DNA of 64,000 nt from Mobula hypostoma. Lineage: Eukaryota. The stretch is from contig NC_086108.1 in the NCBI RefSeq assembly GCF_963921235.1, forward strand, positions 114,578,001 to 114,642,000, written 5' to 3'. The first letter of the stretch is position 1. The number at the start of each line of letters is the position of its first letter. The position numbers and the translations under genes are program-made. The notes beneath the pieces are model-generated. The model saw only the letters and a program-made list of their open reading frames with translations. It was not told where the DNA came from and made no database searches. Below, in pieces: positions 1 through 11,500 of this stretch.

Positions 1-336
1 GGGCAGTGTGGCTCTTTGGGCCAGTAGAGTCTGCTCTGTGTTGTCTCTCTAAATAAAACAATAAAATTAAAACACTGTTCACATTATCCATAATATACTT
101 TATACTTTATTGTCGCCAAACAATTGATACTAGAACGTACAATCATCATAGCGATATATGCTGCTGATTTAGAAAAAAGCAGAGATAGAATTCACTTCAC
201 AAAAGTGGTATAAAACAAACCAGCACTCCAGCAGTGGTTAAGTTGCGCGGCTGTCAAGGGAAGATTACATCTGAGGTTACCGGCCGAGATTCCGACTGCA
301 GACCAGCACCCTGCTTTCCTTAGGTACGAGTCACGA

Positions 337-532
337 TCACCTGGGGTCCATCAGAATCCCAAGGTCACCTTCATCATCACTCTGATCCGTTGGCCCTCGG
401 TGCTGCCGCTGCCCCGCTGCGGCCCCCCGTCGCCTCCTGCGGGTGTAGACGATGGCAGCATTGCCAGTCACCCCGCTGGGCTCCTGGGGTGGAACACTGG
501 AGGCCATGAGGGCTTGAAGGCTGGCATGAAAC
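337..532 (-). CDS. TYW3: TYW3 last coding exon (RFHASLQAL...[13 protein letters not shown])
   Basis: ttgcag|G acceptor completes the Arg codon; basic tract and acidic DDEGDLGI tail resemble the human C-terminus; TGA at 339-337. Confidence 0.9.
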
Positions 533-3500
533 CTGCAACCCAGGAGACAAACAATGACAAGTTTCTTCCCGGGCAGTAATGGTGACAGATTCTTAGTTAA
601 CAATTTTTAGCGAAGGGATAAGAGAGGAAGATTTGCAGTGATCTGGGAGGCTATGCTTGAAACAGTGGCAGAACCAGATTCAATGTGAGCTTGCAAATGG
701 AACTGAGGAAAGAGAAAAGATAATAGAATATAAAAGCAAAGATGTGATGCTGAGGCTTTCTAAGGCATTGGACAAACCACATGGAGTATTGTAAGCAATT
801 TTAGGCCCTTTATTGGAACGAATCAAAAGGTTCACAAGAAAGATCCTAGGAATGAAAGGGTTACGGCAAGAAGAGCGTTTGATGGCTCTGTGGCTGTACT
901 CACTGGAGTTTAGAAGAATGGGGGGGGATCTTATTGAAACCTACCAAATACTGCAAGGCCATGTGGAGAGGATAATTCCTATAGTGAGGGAGTCAGGATC
1001 AGAGGACATATCTTCAGGATAGAGGGATATCCATTTAGAACTGAAATGAGGAAGGTTATGGGGAGAATAGGGTTGAGAGTGAAAATAAATCAGCTAATGT
1101 GGAACAGTCTCAATAGGCTGAATGGCCTTATTGTGCTCCTATGTCATTGAAATACTGTGCAAGAAAAGGTGGGTGGGTGGGAGTGAAGTGAGAAGCTGGG
1201 AGGTGACGGGTGTAAAAGGTAAAGGCGGCAGAAGGAGGAATCGGATAGGAGAGGAGAGTGGGCCTCGGAATAAAGGGCAAGTGGAGTATATGAGGAAAAG
1301 GGGCGAGAGGAACCCAGAATGGGGAATTTTAAACAGAGAGACAGTTGGAGGGGGGGTGGGAAGAGATTACTAGAAGTTGGAGAAATCAACATTCAAGTCA
1401 ACAGGTTGGAGGTGACAGAGGCAGAATATGTCTGTACTGACATGTCAAAATAAGAATGGGAAGTTAAGTTGAAATGGGTGGCCACTGGGAGATCCTATCT
1501 TTTTTTTCTTCATAGGAGAATTAGGCCATTTGGCTCTTCAAGTCTGCTCTGCCATTCAATCAAGACTTATCTTTTTCTCCCCTCCTCAGCCCCACTCACC
1601 GGCATTCTCCCCGTAACCTTTGCTGCCGTGTCCAATCAAGAACCTATCAAGCTCTGCCTTAAATACACCCAACAGCCTGGCCTCCATAGCTGCCTGTGGT
1701 AATAAATTTCACAAATTCACCAGCCTCTGGTTATAGAAATTTCTCCGCATCTGTTTTGAAAGAGCGCCCCTTTATCCTGAGGCTGTGCCTTCTTGTCCTA
1801 GACTCCCCCACCATGGGAAACATCCTTTCCACATCCACCATGTCTAGGCCTTCTAAAATTCGAAAGGTTTCAATGAGATCACCTCTCATCCTTCTAAGTT
1901 CCTGCAAGTACAGACCCAGAGCTATCAAACGTTCCTCGTATGATAGAAACATAGAAAATAGGTGTAGGAGTAGGCCATTCGGCCCTTCGAGCCTGCACCA
2001 CCATTCAGTATGATCATGGCTGATCATCCAACTCAGAACCCTGTACCAGCCTTCCCTCCATACCCCCGATCCCTTTAGCCACAAGGGCCATATCTAACTC
2101 CCTCATGATAACACTTTCATTCCCGGATCATCCTTGTGAACCTCCTCAGAACCCTTTAAAATGCCAGAATATCTTTTCCAAGATGAGGAGCCCAAAACTG
2201 TTCACAATACTCAAGGTGAGGCCTCACCAGTGCCTTATAAAGTCTCAGCATCACATCCCTCCTCTTGTATACTAGACCTCTTGAAATGAATACACTTACC
2301 TTCGTCAGCACTGACTCAACCTGCAAGTTAACCTTCAGGGTGTTCTGCAAAGGACTCCCAAGTCCCTTTACATCTCAGATTTTTGGATTTTCTCCCCATT
2401 TAGAAAACAGTCTGCACATTTATTTCTACTACCAAAGTGCATGACCACGCATTTTCCAATATTGTATTTCATTTGCCACTTTCTTGCCCAGTCTCCCAAT
2501 CTGTTAAATCCTTCTGCAGCCTACCCGTTTGCTCAACACCATCTGCCCTTCCACCAATCTTCATATCATCTGCAAGTTTGGTAACAAAACCACCTATTCC
2601 ATCCTCTAAATCATTAATATACAGCATGAAAAGAAGCAGTCCTGACTCCGACCTCTGTGGAATACCACTGGTTACTGGCAGTCATCAGAAAAGGATCCTT
2701 TTATTCCCACTCGCTGCCTCCTACCGATCAGCCACTGCTCTAACCATGCTAGCAACTTTCCTGTTGTAGCAGATGGAGAAAACGCTTTCTTAACCACGTT
2801 ACCTAACCGTACAAGGATCTTTGGACTTGCACACCAAGTTTCCTCTGTTCTTCAATACTCCCCAGACTACCATTCGAGGTGTGTGCCCGAGCCGAGTAGT
2901 GCTCCCAAAACACATCAGCTCACTTTACTCTGAAAGGGATTGAAAATTTACCTCTCTATCCTTCTCTGGTTTTCCTCCATCTTCCGATTAGCCACTTGCA
3001 CCAGGTAATCGATGTACTCGTCACTCACCAACACCGATCCTTCATGACACAGAGGAACCTCCAGACAGTGGGTGCTGCGAATGGCCTATCCACCACACAG
3101 GTGTCAAAGAAAGAGACACACACTGAAACGACAGCACAAATGCTACGCATCTCTAGCTGCTCTGTGTTGGCTTCCTGTATCTTTTAGAGTTGATTTTAAA
3201 GTTCTCTTATTTGTTTTTAAAGCTCTGAATGGTCTGGGACCAGACTACATTACAAAATCTCTTTCATTTTATAATCCTGCTCGAGCTCTCAGGTCTTTTT
3301 CTGTTCGTCTCTTGAATTTAAACAATCTCCCTCAAAAGATAATTGCCACATCAGCTTTTTTGAACTATGCATCTAAACTGCGGAATTCAATCGCTAAAAC
3401 TGTAAGGGATACATACTCACTTGATACTTAAATGCCAGCTCAAAACCTATTCATTTAACCTTGTGTTTAACTAACATCTTGTCTTTTATTTACATGTTTG

Positions 3501-6500
3501 CACTTTATCCCATTGTAAAACACTTTGAACTTCATTGTCTGTATGAAGAGTGCTCTATAAATAAGGTTATTACTAAAATCAAGAGTGATGGATCCAACTA
3601 TTTAATTCTTAGATTAGACTCTTAATTACTTTTTTAACAACTAATTATCTGCTTGTATTTTAAGTAGCTCGTGTACAAGTAACTGCCTAGAATGAGGTGG
3701 TAGTAGTATGCAAGTTTAATATGCCGTCAGTGGTTCTATTTGTACAATTCTGGAAAGCTACAGAACTTCCTTTGTTGTGCATTATCTGATCTCATTAGTT
3801 CATTCCTATACACAAATCTGAATAGAATTTTCCTCATCTGCTGTTTAAGAAAGCTTGCCACAGGGGTGCACCATCTTCTTCGCTTCTTAGATCTTGGCTT
3901 TCCTTCCACTTCATAGACCTCTATCACTGTCTGTTTCAATTTCTCTTTGTTCTGTCAATGTCTAATAAAAAGACTGTAAAGCAATAAGGTTGTGCCTTTT
4001 TCCTAACTTCTGAAAGAAGCTTGGATTAAAACATCAGAATCAAACAACGGTGTCACACAGCATTGACCACACTGGTTTTTTCTCAGGTAACAGATCAGGG
4101 ACCTTCATTGTCCAAGGATTCAGAAAACGCTGTGGTTGAACTAGGAGCATAAAAGGAACACAGGTACATAACTGATTAAAGTTAAAGATTAGATTAGCTT
4201 TATTTGTCACATCCACATCAAAACATTCAGTGAAATAAATCAAATCAGTGGGGCCAGTCTGCAACTGTTGCAATGTTTCCAGCAGCAACATAGCACGCCC
4301 ACAATTTACGAACCCTGACCCGTACATCTTTGGAATGTGGGAGGAAACCAGAGCACCCAGAGGAAACCCACAGTCACAAGGAGAACATATGAACTCCTTA
4401 CAGACTGTGATGGGAATTGAATCCCAGTCTTACAGCTAGCACTGTAAAAAGATGTGCTAACCACTACATGACCATACTGTTCCTGATAGGAGCATTGATT
4501 TGCTCTACAGCCCGACCAGGTGGCTCGGTGGAGCAGCGGATGGTGCTGCTCCCTCACAAATAGGTTCGATCCTGACCTCTGGCACTGTCTGTCTGGAGTT
4601 TACATATTCTCCCTGTGATCAGGAGAGTTTCCACTGGGTACTCTGGTTCCTTCCCAGATCCCAAAGCCGTGTGGGCCAATGGATTGATTGGCTGCTGTAA
4701 ATTGTCCCCAGTGTGTGGGTGAGGGGTGGATCGGAGCGGGGAGGGGGGGTGGAGGGGAGATGACGGGAACGTGGTGGGGGGGTTTGCAATGTGATGCTAT
4801 ATCAAATTGGGGCATCCGAGTTCGGAGTTCAATCCCCGACATCCTCTGTAAGACAGTCAGTACGTTCCATCCTGCGTGCATGCGGGTTTCCTCCAGGTGC
4901 TCCAGTACCCTCCCACAGTCCAAAAACATACCGGTTAGCAGCTTAATTAGTCACTGAAAATTGTTCCTGTGACTAGGCTACGGTTAAATAGGTGGGTTGC
5001 TGAGTGAGTCAAGGGGGGAGGGAGGGGGAGAGACAGACAGACTGGGTGGGGAATAAAGTAGGAGGAATCCCTCCTATTCTTTCCTCCAATCACGTTAGAA
5101 TTATGCCCCTCATTAGTCATTTCTGCCCTGGGAAAAAGTCTCCTGTAATCCACTCGATCAATCAGACATCACTATCAAACAAGAGGGCAGACTGCTGGTT
5201 ATTGGCATACGGAATCCATCGGGGGAAGGTGAGTTTAAGCTGCATGGTGAGAACTGCATCAGTTTGTGGGCACTGAACTGCAGAGGAAGTGGTCTGGAAT
5301 CAACCAACATCTTGTGAACGTAGACAAGATCATCTTACCATCATGACTTTCCCCTTCTTGCTGATTGAGATCCCAGAGTTCCTGAAGCCAGAGTTTATGG
5401 CAATGGAATGCTGTAATCCAGCACAACACGAGAACAAAAATTAGTGGGAAGCTAGAGGATTGGGAAGAAGACAACTAAAAAGTCATAAGGAAAAGATGGA
5501 ATACAGAAGTAAATTAGCCAATAAAAAGCATAACAAAAGTTTCTTCATATATGTAAAGAGTAAAAGAAAGACTAAAATGGAATTCAGCCTGCTGTGAAAT
5601 AATGCTGGAGAGGTAGGAGGATAAGGAAATGGCAGACAAACTGAATAAGGATTTTGCATCAGTCTTCATTGTGGAAGACACGATCAGTATGGTGGAAGTT
5701 CCGGGTGTCAGGGGTCATGAAGTGTGTGAATTTATCATAACTGGAGAGAAGGTTGTTGGGAAACTGAGAGGTCTGAAGGTAGATGAGTCTCCTAGACCAG
5801 AAGGACTACAACCCAGTGTTCTAAAGAGATTATGGAACATTAGTAATGATCTGTCAAAGATCAATGGATTCTGGAAGAACGGAAAATTGCGAATACCACT
5901 CTACTCTTCGAGAAGGGAGAGGCAGAAGAAAAGAAATTATAGGCCAGTTAGTCTGACTTCAGTGGTTAGGAAGATGTTGGAGTTGATCATTAGGGATGTG
6001 ATTTTGGTGTACTGGGAGGCACGTGATAAAATAGGTCAAAGTCAGCATCATTTCTTTAAGGGAAAATCTTATCTGACAAATCTGTTGAAACTCTGAATAA
6101 ATAACAAGCAGGATAGACAAATGACAATCAGTGGATGTTGTGCACTTGGATTTTCAGAAGGTCTTTTACAAGATGCCAAACATGAAGCTGCATAACAAGA
6201 GCCCACAGGAAAGGTTCTTGCATGGACACAGCACTGACTGATTGGCAGGAGGCAAAGAGTGGGAATAAAGGGGCTCTTTCTGGTTGGCTGCTGGTGACTA
6301 GTGGCGTTCCACAGGAGTCTGTGTTGGGACAGCTAAGTTCAGCTCCAATGTTTTATGGCATGGATTAGACGGACCCAAGGGCCTGTTTCTGTGTTGTACT
6401 TTTCTATGACTCTATAACTACATATATTGTGATTTTGTTTACAGAGCCTTGTGGGAATTTGCTGGCACAGATTAGTTGCCACATGACAATAGCTACATAT

Positions 6501-7702
6501 CAGAAGACCTAAAGCACAAAGCAGATAAAGCACAATGGAAATGAGCTGTCTCTTTACCAGGAGCTGTGCATCCTCCACCTGCCTGCACTGGACGTGAAGA
6601 ACAAAAGGCTCAAACTTAAACACTGCATTGTCTTCAGCTTTCTGTAACCCTGAAACCTAGAGGCCACAAAAGAGTACACAGTCAGAAGTTAGGGATACAG
6701 CACAGTAACAGCCCCTTCTTGTCCAAAACCCAGTGACCAATTACTCTAACCAACCCGTATTTCTTTGGAATGGGGGAGGAAACCCACGCGGTCACAGGAA
6801 GAACGTACAAACCTTTTACATACAGCAGTGGGAATTGGACCCACTGTGCAGTGGACCCAAACTGCTCTAATTAGACCCACTAGTGCAGTTATAGTGTAAA
6901 AGCCACGTCGCTATGAATGCTTTGCCGCATCCCTGTGATAACTTTTCTGACAACTATCTGCCCTGCTTTTTCCGTCTGTCCTCATACAAGATGAAGTAAG
7001 CATTTGCCCTTTTGTTTCTGTACCCTCCGAGTCCACCCTTGGGGTCATGAGTTCATGGTGAAAGGTGAAATGTTTAAGGGGAACCTGAGGGGGAACTGCT
7101 TCACTCAGAGGATGGAGAGAGTGTGGAGTGAGCTGCCAGCACGAGTGGAGGATGCAGATTTGATTTTAACACTTAAGAAAAATGTGCATAGGTACAAGGA
7201 TGGGAGGAGTCGGGAGGGCTATGGTCTAGGTAATGGTGAATGGGACTAGGCAGATCAATAGCTCAGCATGGATGAAATCAGCCAAAGGTTCTGTTTATGT
7301 GTTATGGTCCTCTATGCTGGCTGCAATTCCATTTGGTATGGGGGGGCTGCTGCACAGCATCAAAGTAAGTTGCAAGAAGCTGTTAAATCAGTCAGCTCCA
7401 TCATGGGTACTAGCCTCCGTAGTATCCAAGACATCTTCAAGGAACGGTGCCTTAGGAAGGTGGCGTCCATCATTAAGGATCCCCACCACCCAGGACATGC
7501 CCTTTACTCATTGTTACCATCAGGAAGGAGGTACAGAAACCTGATGGCACACACTCACTGATTAAGGAACAGCTTCTGCCCCTCTGACATCCGATTTCTA
7601 AATGGAGATTCAACCCATGAACACTACCCCAACTCTTTTTAAGTTTATTTCTATTTCTTGTACCATTTATTTTAACTATTTAAGACAAGTGTGTATGTAT
7701 AT

Positions 7703-7746
<44 letters not shown>

Positions 7747-10700
7747 GTGTGTGTACACACACACACAATTACTGTAATTCAGTTTTCTTCTACCTCATGT
7801 ATTGCATTGTACTGCTGCTGCAAAGTTAACAAATTTCACGACAGATGCAGGCGATATTAAACCCGATTCTGATTCTACGACTCTACGGCACCTTTGTTAC
7901 GCTGCTGCCTAGAAACTCAATGTGCTGGCAATTGACCCCTTTAAGCTCTTTCCACTTGTCCTCTGACAGACAGACATTCCCTTTATTCCTCACATCTCTG
8001 CTACTGAAAGCTGATATCCCTCTCCTTCCCAGCTCTGGAAATGAGACACAGACCAGAAACTCTGGCCATTTCTTTTTCTACACATCACCTGACCTGCTGA
8101 GTTTTCCCAGTATATCCTGTCACCTTGGCCTCGCCTATGGGAGGGAGTTCCTCATTCTCTGCTCTTTGGTAAAGTTTCTTTTTGAGATCCCCACTCGATT
8201 TCTGAGCTCCCATCTGTCTCCATTAAGCTCGATTGAATGACAAGACTGTGAATGAATCAGAGGTGCGTTCAGGCAGGACGTGCAAGGGCCAGTGTAGCAG
8301 AGAGTAGTTATCATACCACATCTTCTTTCCGACATTTCTGGTGGGTCACAAACAACCAGGGGCAGTTCTTTTTCTGTCCTTCTGTCTGGTCAGAGCCCTA
8401 AAGAAATTACAAATGTGGATTACACCATGGACAGCCCTGTATCAGCCTCCCAGCTCCAGAGACCCCAGTTTAATCCAATGCTGTATCTGTGGAGTTTCAA
8501 GTTATGAGGGCTTCCCCCTCCCAACCCCGAATGCTCCAGTTCCCTCTCACATCACAAAGACGTGGTGTTGGTAGGTTAACTGGATGCCTAAATTGCCCCT
8601 TGATGTGGGTCAGGGGTAGAATCTTGGGGATGTTTATGGGATGAGGGGAGACTAAAAATGTACTAACCACAAGAGAGTCTGCAGATCTCGCTGAGTTTCT
8701 CCAGCATTTTGCACGTGAGACTAAAGTATGTGGTTGGCAGTTGGCACTAAATGATAACTTTAAGGTGAAGCTTGAGGTTTAAAGGGCATCCAAAAAAGAA
8801 TATTCCTCCCCCCCCCCCATTGTAGCTGGAATCTGGTACACCCTGCCTGAGGGGGTAGTAGAGGCCAATATATGGAGGAGGAAAAAAAAAAGTTTGACAT
8901 TTTGGACCAAGCCCCTTCAGCAGGAAAGAGAGATAGACTCATCTCACAGATATAGTACAGAAGCAGAAGTCACAGATAATGCAATCTGGAGAAACACATA
9001 GAGCATTGGAAGAACTCAGTGGGTCATGAAGCATCTGAGGAGGGAAATGGACAATGTTTCAGGTAAAGATGAAAGGTCTCAGTCTGAAATATCAGCTATC
9101 CATTTCCCTCTGTAGATACACACATAAAATGCTGGAGGACCTCAGCAGGTCAGCAGCATCTCTGGAAAAGAGTAAAAAGTCGATGTTTTGGGTCAAGACC
9201 CTTCATCAGGGCTGAGAAGGAAGGGGAAAGATGCCTGAATTGAAAGTTGGGGGGGAAGGGAACGAGGCCAGATGTGTGGGAAAGGTCAAGGGTACAGAAG
9301 GATCTGAGAGGAGAGTGGAGAGAGGCTGCTGAGCCCAGTGAGTTCTTTCAACGTTCTCTATGCTACTGCAGAACCAGACCCTTAGTCCCACATTATGCAA
9401 CACCCATCCACACCAATTCAATCCCCCAGTACTCTTAGACCATAAGGCATAGAAGCAGAATTAGGCCACTCAGCCCATCAAGTCTGTTCCATCATTTCAT
9501 CAAGCTTGATCCCAGATCCCACTCAACCCCATACACCTGCCTTCTCTCCATATCCTTTGATGCCCTGACCGATCAGGAATCTATCAACTTCTGCTTTGAA
9601 TATACCCATGGACTTGGCCTCCACCGTAGTCTATGTCAGAGCATACCACAGATTCACTATTCTCTGGCTAAAAAAAAATTCCTCCATACTTCTGTTTTAA
9701 AAGGTTACCCCTCAATTCTGAGGCTGTGCCCTCTAGTTCTGGATACTCCCACCATAGGAATCATCCTCTCCACATCCACCTTAACTAGCCCTTTCAAAAT
9801 TCTGTAGGTTTCAATGAAATACCTCCCACCCGGCATTCTTCTAAATTCCAGTGAGTATAGGTCCAAAGCTGGCAAATGCTATGTTAACCCTTTTGTTCCT
9901 GGAATCATCCTCATGAACCTCCTCGGGACTCTGTCCAATGACAACACATCTTTTCTGAAATATGGGGCCCAAAACTGCTGACAATACTCCAAGAATGGCC
10001 TGACTATTGTCATATAAAGCCTAGGCATTATCTCCTTGCTTTTATATTCTATTCCCCTTGAAATAAATGCCAACATCGCATTTGCCTTCTTTACCACAGA
10101 CCTTAACCTGTAAATTAAACTTCTGATAGTCTTGCACAAGGACTCCTAAATCCCTCTGCAACTCTGATGTTTGAACCTTCTCCCCATTTAGATAATAGTC
10201 CACACTATTGTTTCTTTTACCAAAATGCATTATCATACATTTCCCAACACAGTATTCCATCTGCCACTTTTTTGTCCATTCTTCATTCTTCCTGCTGCAA
10301 TTACATTGCTTCCTCAGCACTACCTACCCCTCCACCTATCTTCATATCATCTACAAACTTTGCCACAGAGCCATTATCCAAATCAATGACAAGCAATGTG
10401 CAAAGTAGCAGTCTCAATACTGACTCCTGAGGAACACCACTAGTCACTGGCAGCCAACCAGAAAAGATCCCCTTTATTCCCATTCATAGCCTGTCAGCCA
10501 TTCCACTATCCATACCAGTACCTTCTCTGCCTTGGTGATTCAAGCGCTTGTTTAAAGTTCTGGAAGTCTCCGGCTCCTACAACCCACCTACGGCCTCTAT
10601 CAACCACCCACTACCAACCGTCTTCCTCATCTCTTTACCTCCCTCACTAATGGCCCCAACCCCTCTGCCCCCAAACCCTCATCCCCTCCGACCCTATCCC

Positions 10701-10962
10701 TCACCCAATTCCCTCCATCCACTCCCCTCATCCCCTCCAGCCCTATCCCTCACCCCATCATCTATTCTCCTCATCCTCTCCGATATCTATCCCTCACCCC
10801 CAGCAGCAACAGGCGGCCTGAGCAGGAGCTGGTGCTGCAGTACCGCTCCGAGCCGTTCACCAGTTCCAGCAGCTCAACGATGGGCGCGTCCACTCGGCCC
10901 TTCCTACTAGCATCAGCCCCAGATCTCAGTCGCTGCTCCTTACACAGTGCGAAGTCGGCCAT
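337..10962 (-). CDS. TYW3: tRNA-yW synthesizing protein 3 homolog, whole gene: join of 10798-10962, 8317-8397, 6558-6656, 5339-5410, 2952-3085, 337-532 (747 nt, 248 aa)
   Basis: Spliced translation matches recalled vertebrate TYW3 motifs ([62 protein letters not shown]); all introns GT-AG; head-to-head with CRYZ as in human. Confidence 0.96.
1145..1500 (-). mobile_element. Decayed Penelope-like 3' fragment
   Basis: Similar to the GIY-YIG end/3' UTR of the copies at 18900-19100 (aggttggagg..., gccactgggagatcc). Confidence 0.55.
1505..2765 (-). mobile_element. CR1 LINE 3' fragment with a second short CR1 3' end nested at ~1946-2104
   Basis: CR1 ORF2 C-terminal motifs ([18 protein letters not shown]); the nested piece starts with a gaaacatagaaa tail and is flanked by atgata. 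Confidence 0.85.
2952..3085 (-). CDS. TYW3: TYW3 exon 5 ([16 protein letters not shown]...[14 protein letters not shown])
   Basis: ggatag| acceptor, AG|gtaaat donor, 134 nt, phase 2. Confidence 0.96.
3130..3575 (+). mobile_element. L2-clade LINE 3' fragment
   Basis: ORF 3072-3431 contains [28 protein letters not shown], typical of the L2 ORF2 C-terminus; ends in an aataa/ttatta tail. Confidence 0.75.
4190..5010. mobile_element. Cluster of tRNA-derived V-SINE-like SINEs (both strands); further copies near 6690, 8440, 11835, 27140, 27560, 36450, 39300, 41230, 52900, 55530, 57920, 60975
   Basis: Shared core resembling gggtttcctccgggtgctccggtttcctcccaca, B-box-like ggttcgatcc (4563), gtaaattgtcc motif. 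Confidence 0.7.
5339..5410 (-). CDS. TYW3: TYW3 exon 4 ([24 protein letters not shown])
   Basis: ttacag| acceptor, |gtaaga donor, 72 nt. Confidence 0.96.
5430..6335 (+). mobile_element. CR1 LINE ORF2 fragment
   Basis: [11 protein letters not shown] and [15 protein letters not shown] motifs, frameshifted. Confidence 0.85.
6558..6656 (-). CDS. TYW3: TYW3 exon 3 ([33 protein letters not shown])
   Basis: ctctag| acceptor, |gtaaag donor, 99 nt. Confidence 0.96.
7310..7875 (+). mobile_element. Rex1/Babar-like LINE 3' fragment containing a (TG)n/(TA)n/(CA)n microsatellite at 7689-7767
   Basis: [24 protein letters not shown] motif; attctgattct tail. Confidence 0.75.
8317..8397 (-). CDS. TYW3: TYW3 exon 2 ([27 protein letters not shown])
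   Basis: tttctttag| acceptor, |gtatga donor, 81 nt. Confidence 0.95.
9436..10520 (-). mobile_element. CR1 LINE 3' fragment
   Basis: [28 protein letters not shown] motifs; agaccataag tail. Confidence 0.85.
10798..10962 (-). CDS. TYW3: TYW3 coding exon 1 ([10 protein letters not shown]...SGRLLLLG)
   Basis: ATG at 10962-10960; donor GGG|GTGAGG at 10797; phase 0. Confidence 0.93.
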
Positions 10963-11500
10963 TGCTCTCGGGGCGGGGTTTGATCAGACGATCGGACGCA
11001 GTGATAGGCGGGGGAACAGCCGTAACCTTCGAGCTGATTGGATAAAGTGTGCGGTTACCTGTGAACTTGGAACTGATTGGTGGGGACGGATGGTGGCTGT
11101 GATTGATAGGTGGGAGGTGGAACGAGGAGGGAGCGGAATGGTAGGAAGAGAGGCGCATACAAAATGCCGGAGGATCTCAGCAACAGGCTGTCGACATCAG
11201 AGCTGGTGATGAGCTGATAGGATGATGTGATTGGCAGCTGGGCGGGCTTGAAGTGCAATGGGCGGGGTTTATGTGGAGATTGGCAGCGGGTTGCACCGAT
11301 GAGGCGAGGGAGAGGGCGGGGATAGCGGTGATTGGCAGGCCGGTGTAATTTAAAGTGCGGATGGCCGCTGCCGTGGGTGGAGTGTGATCGGAGTTGGGGC
11401 TCAGGTCGGCAGACAGCAGGTCATAGAGCCGTTCCTCATCATTGCAGTGCGGGAAACGTGCAACTTTCCCTTCTGTTCCGTAAAACTTGCCTGGGATGTG
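10963..11500. promoter_or_regulatory. Bidirectional CpG-rich promoter shared by TYW3 and CRYZ; probable non-coding CRYZ exon 1 ending near 11497 or 11501
   Basis: High CpG density; five ATTGG (reverse CCAAT) boxes at ~11037, 11076, 11230, 11279, 11331; GC boxes at ~10971, 11240, 11261, 11312; candidate donors gtgagt at 11498 and 11502. TSS positions not determinable. Confidence 0.7.

Noticed and set aside
106..111. AATAAA (minus strand) as the TYW3 poly(A) signal
   Set aside because: Plausible position, but it lies in what looks like a LINE tail and cannot be supported without transcripts.
3736..3939. Basic 67-aa ORF in a TYW3 intron
   Set aside because: No recognisable motif, and the TYW3 model is complete without it.
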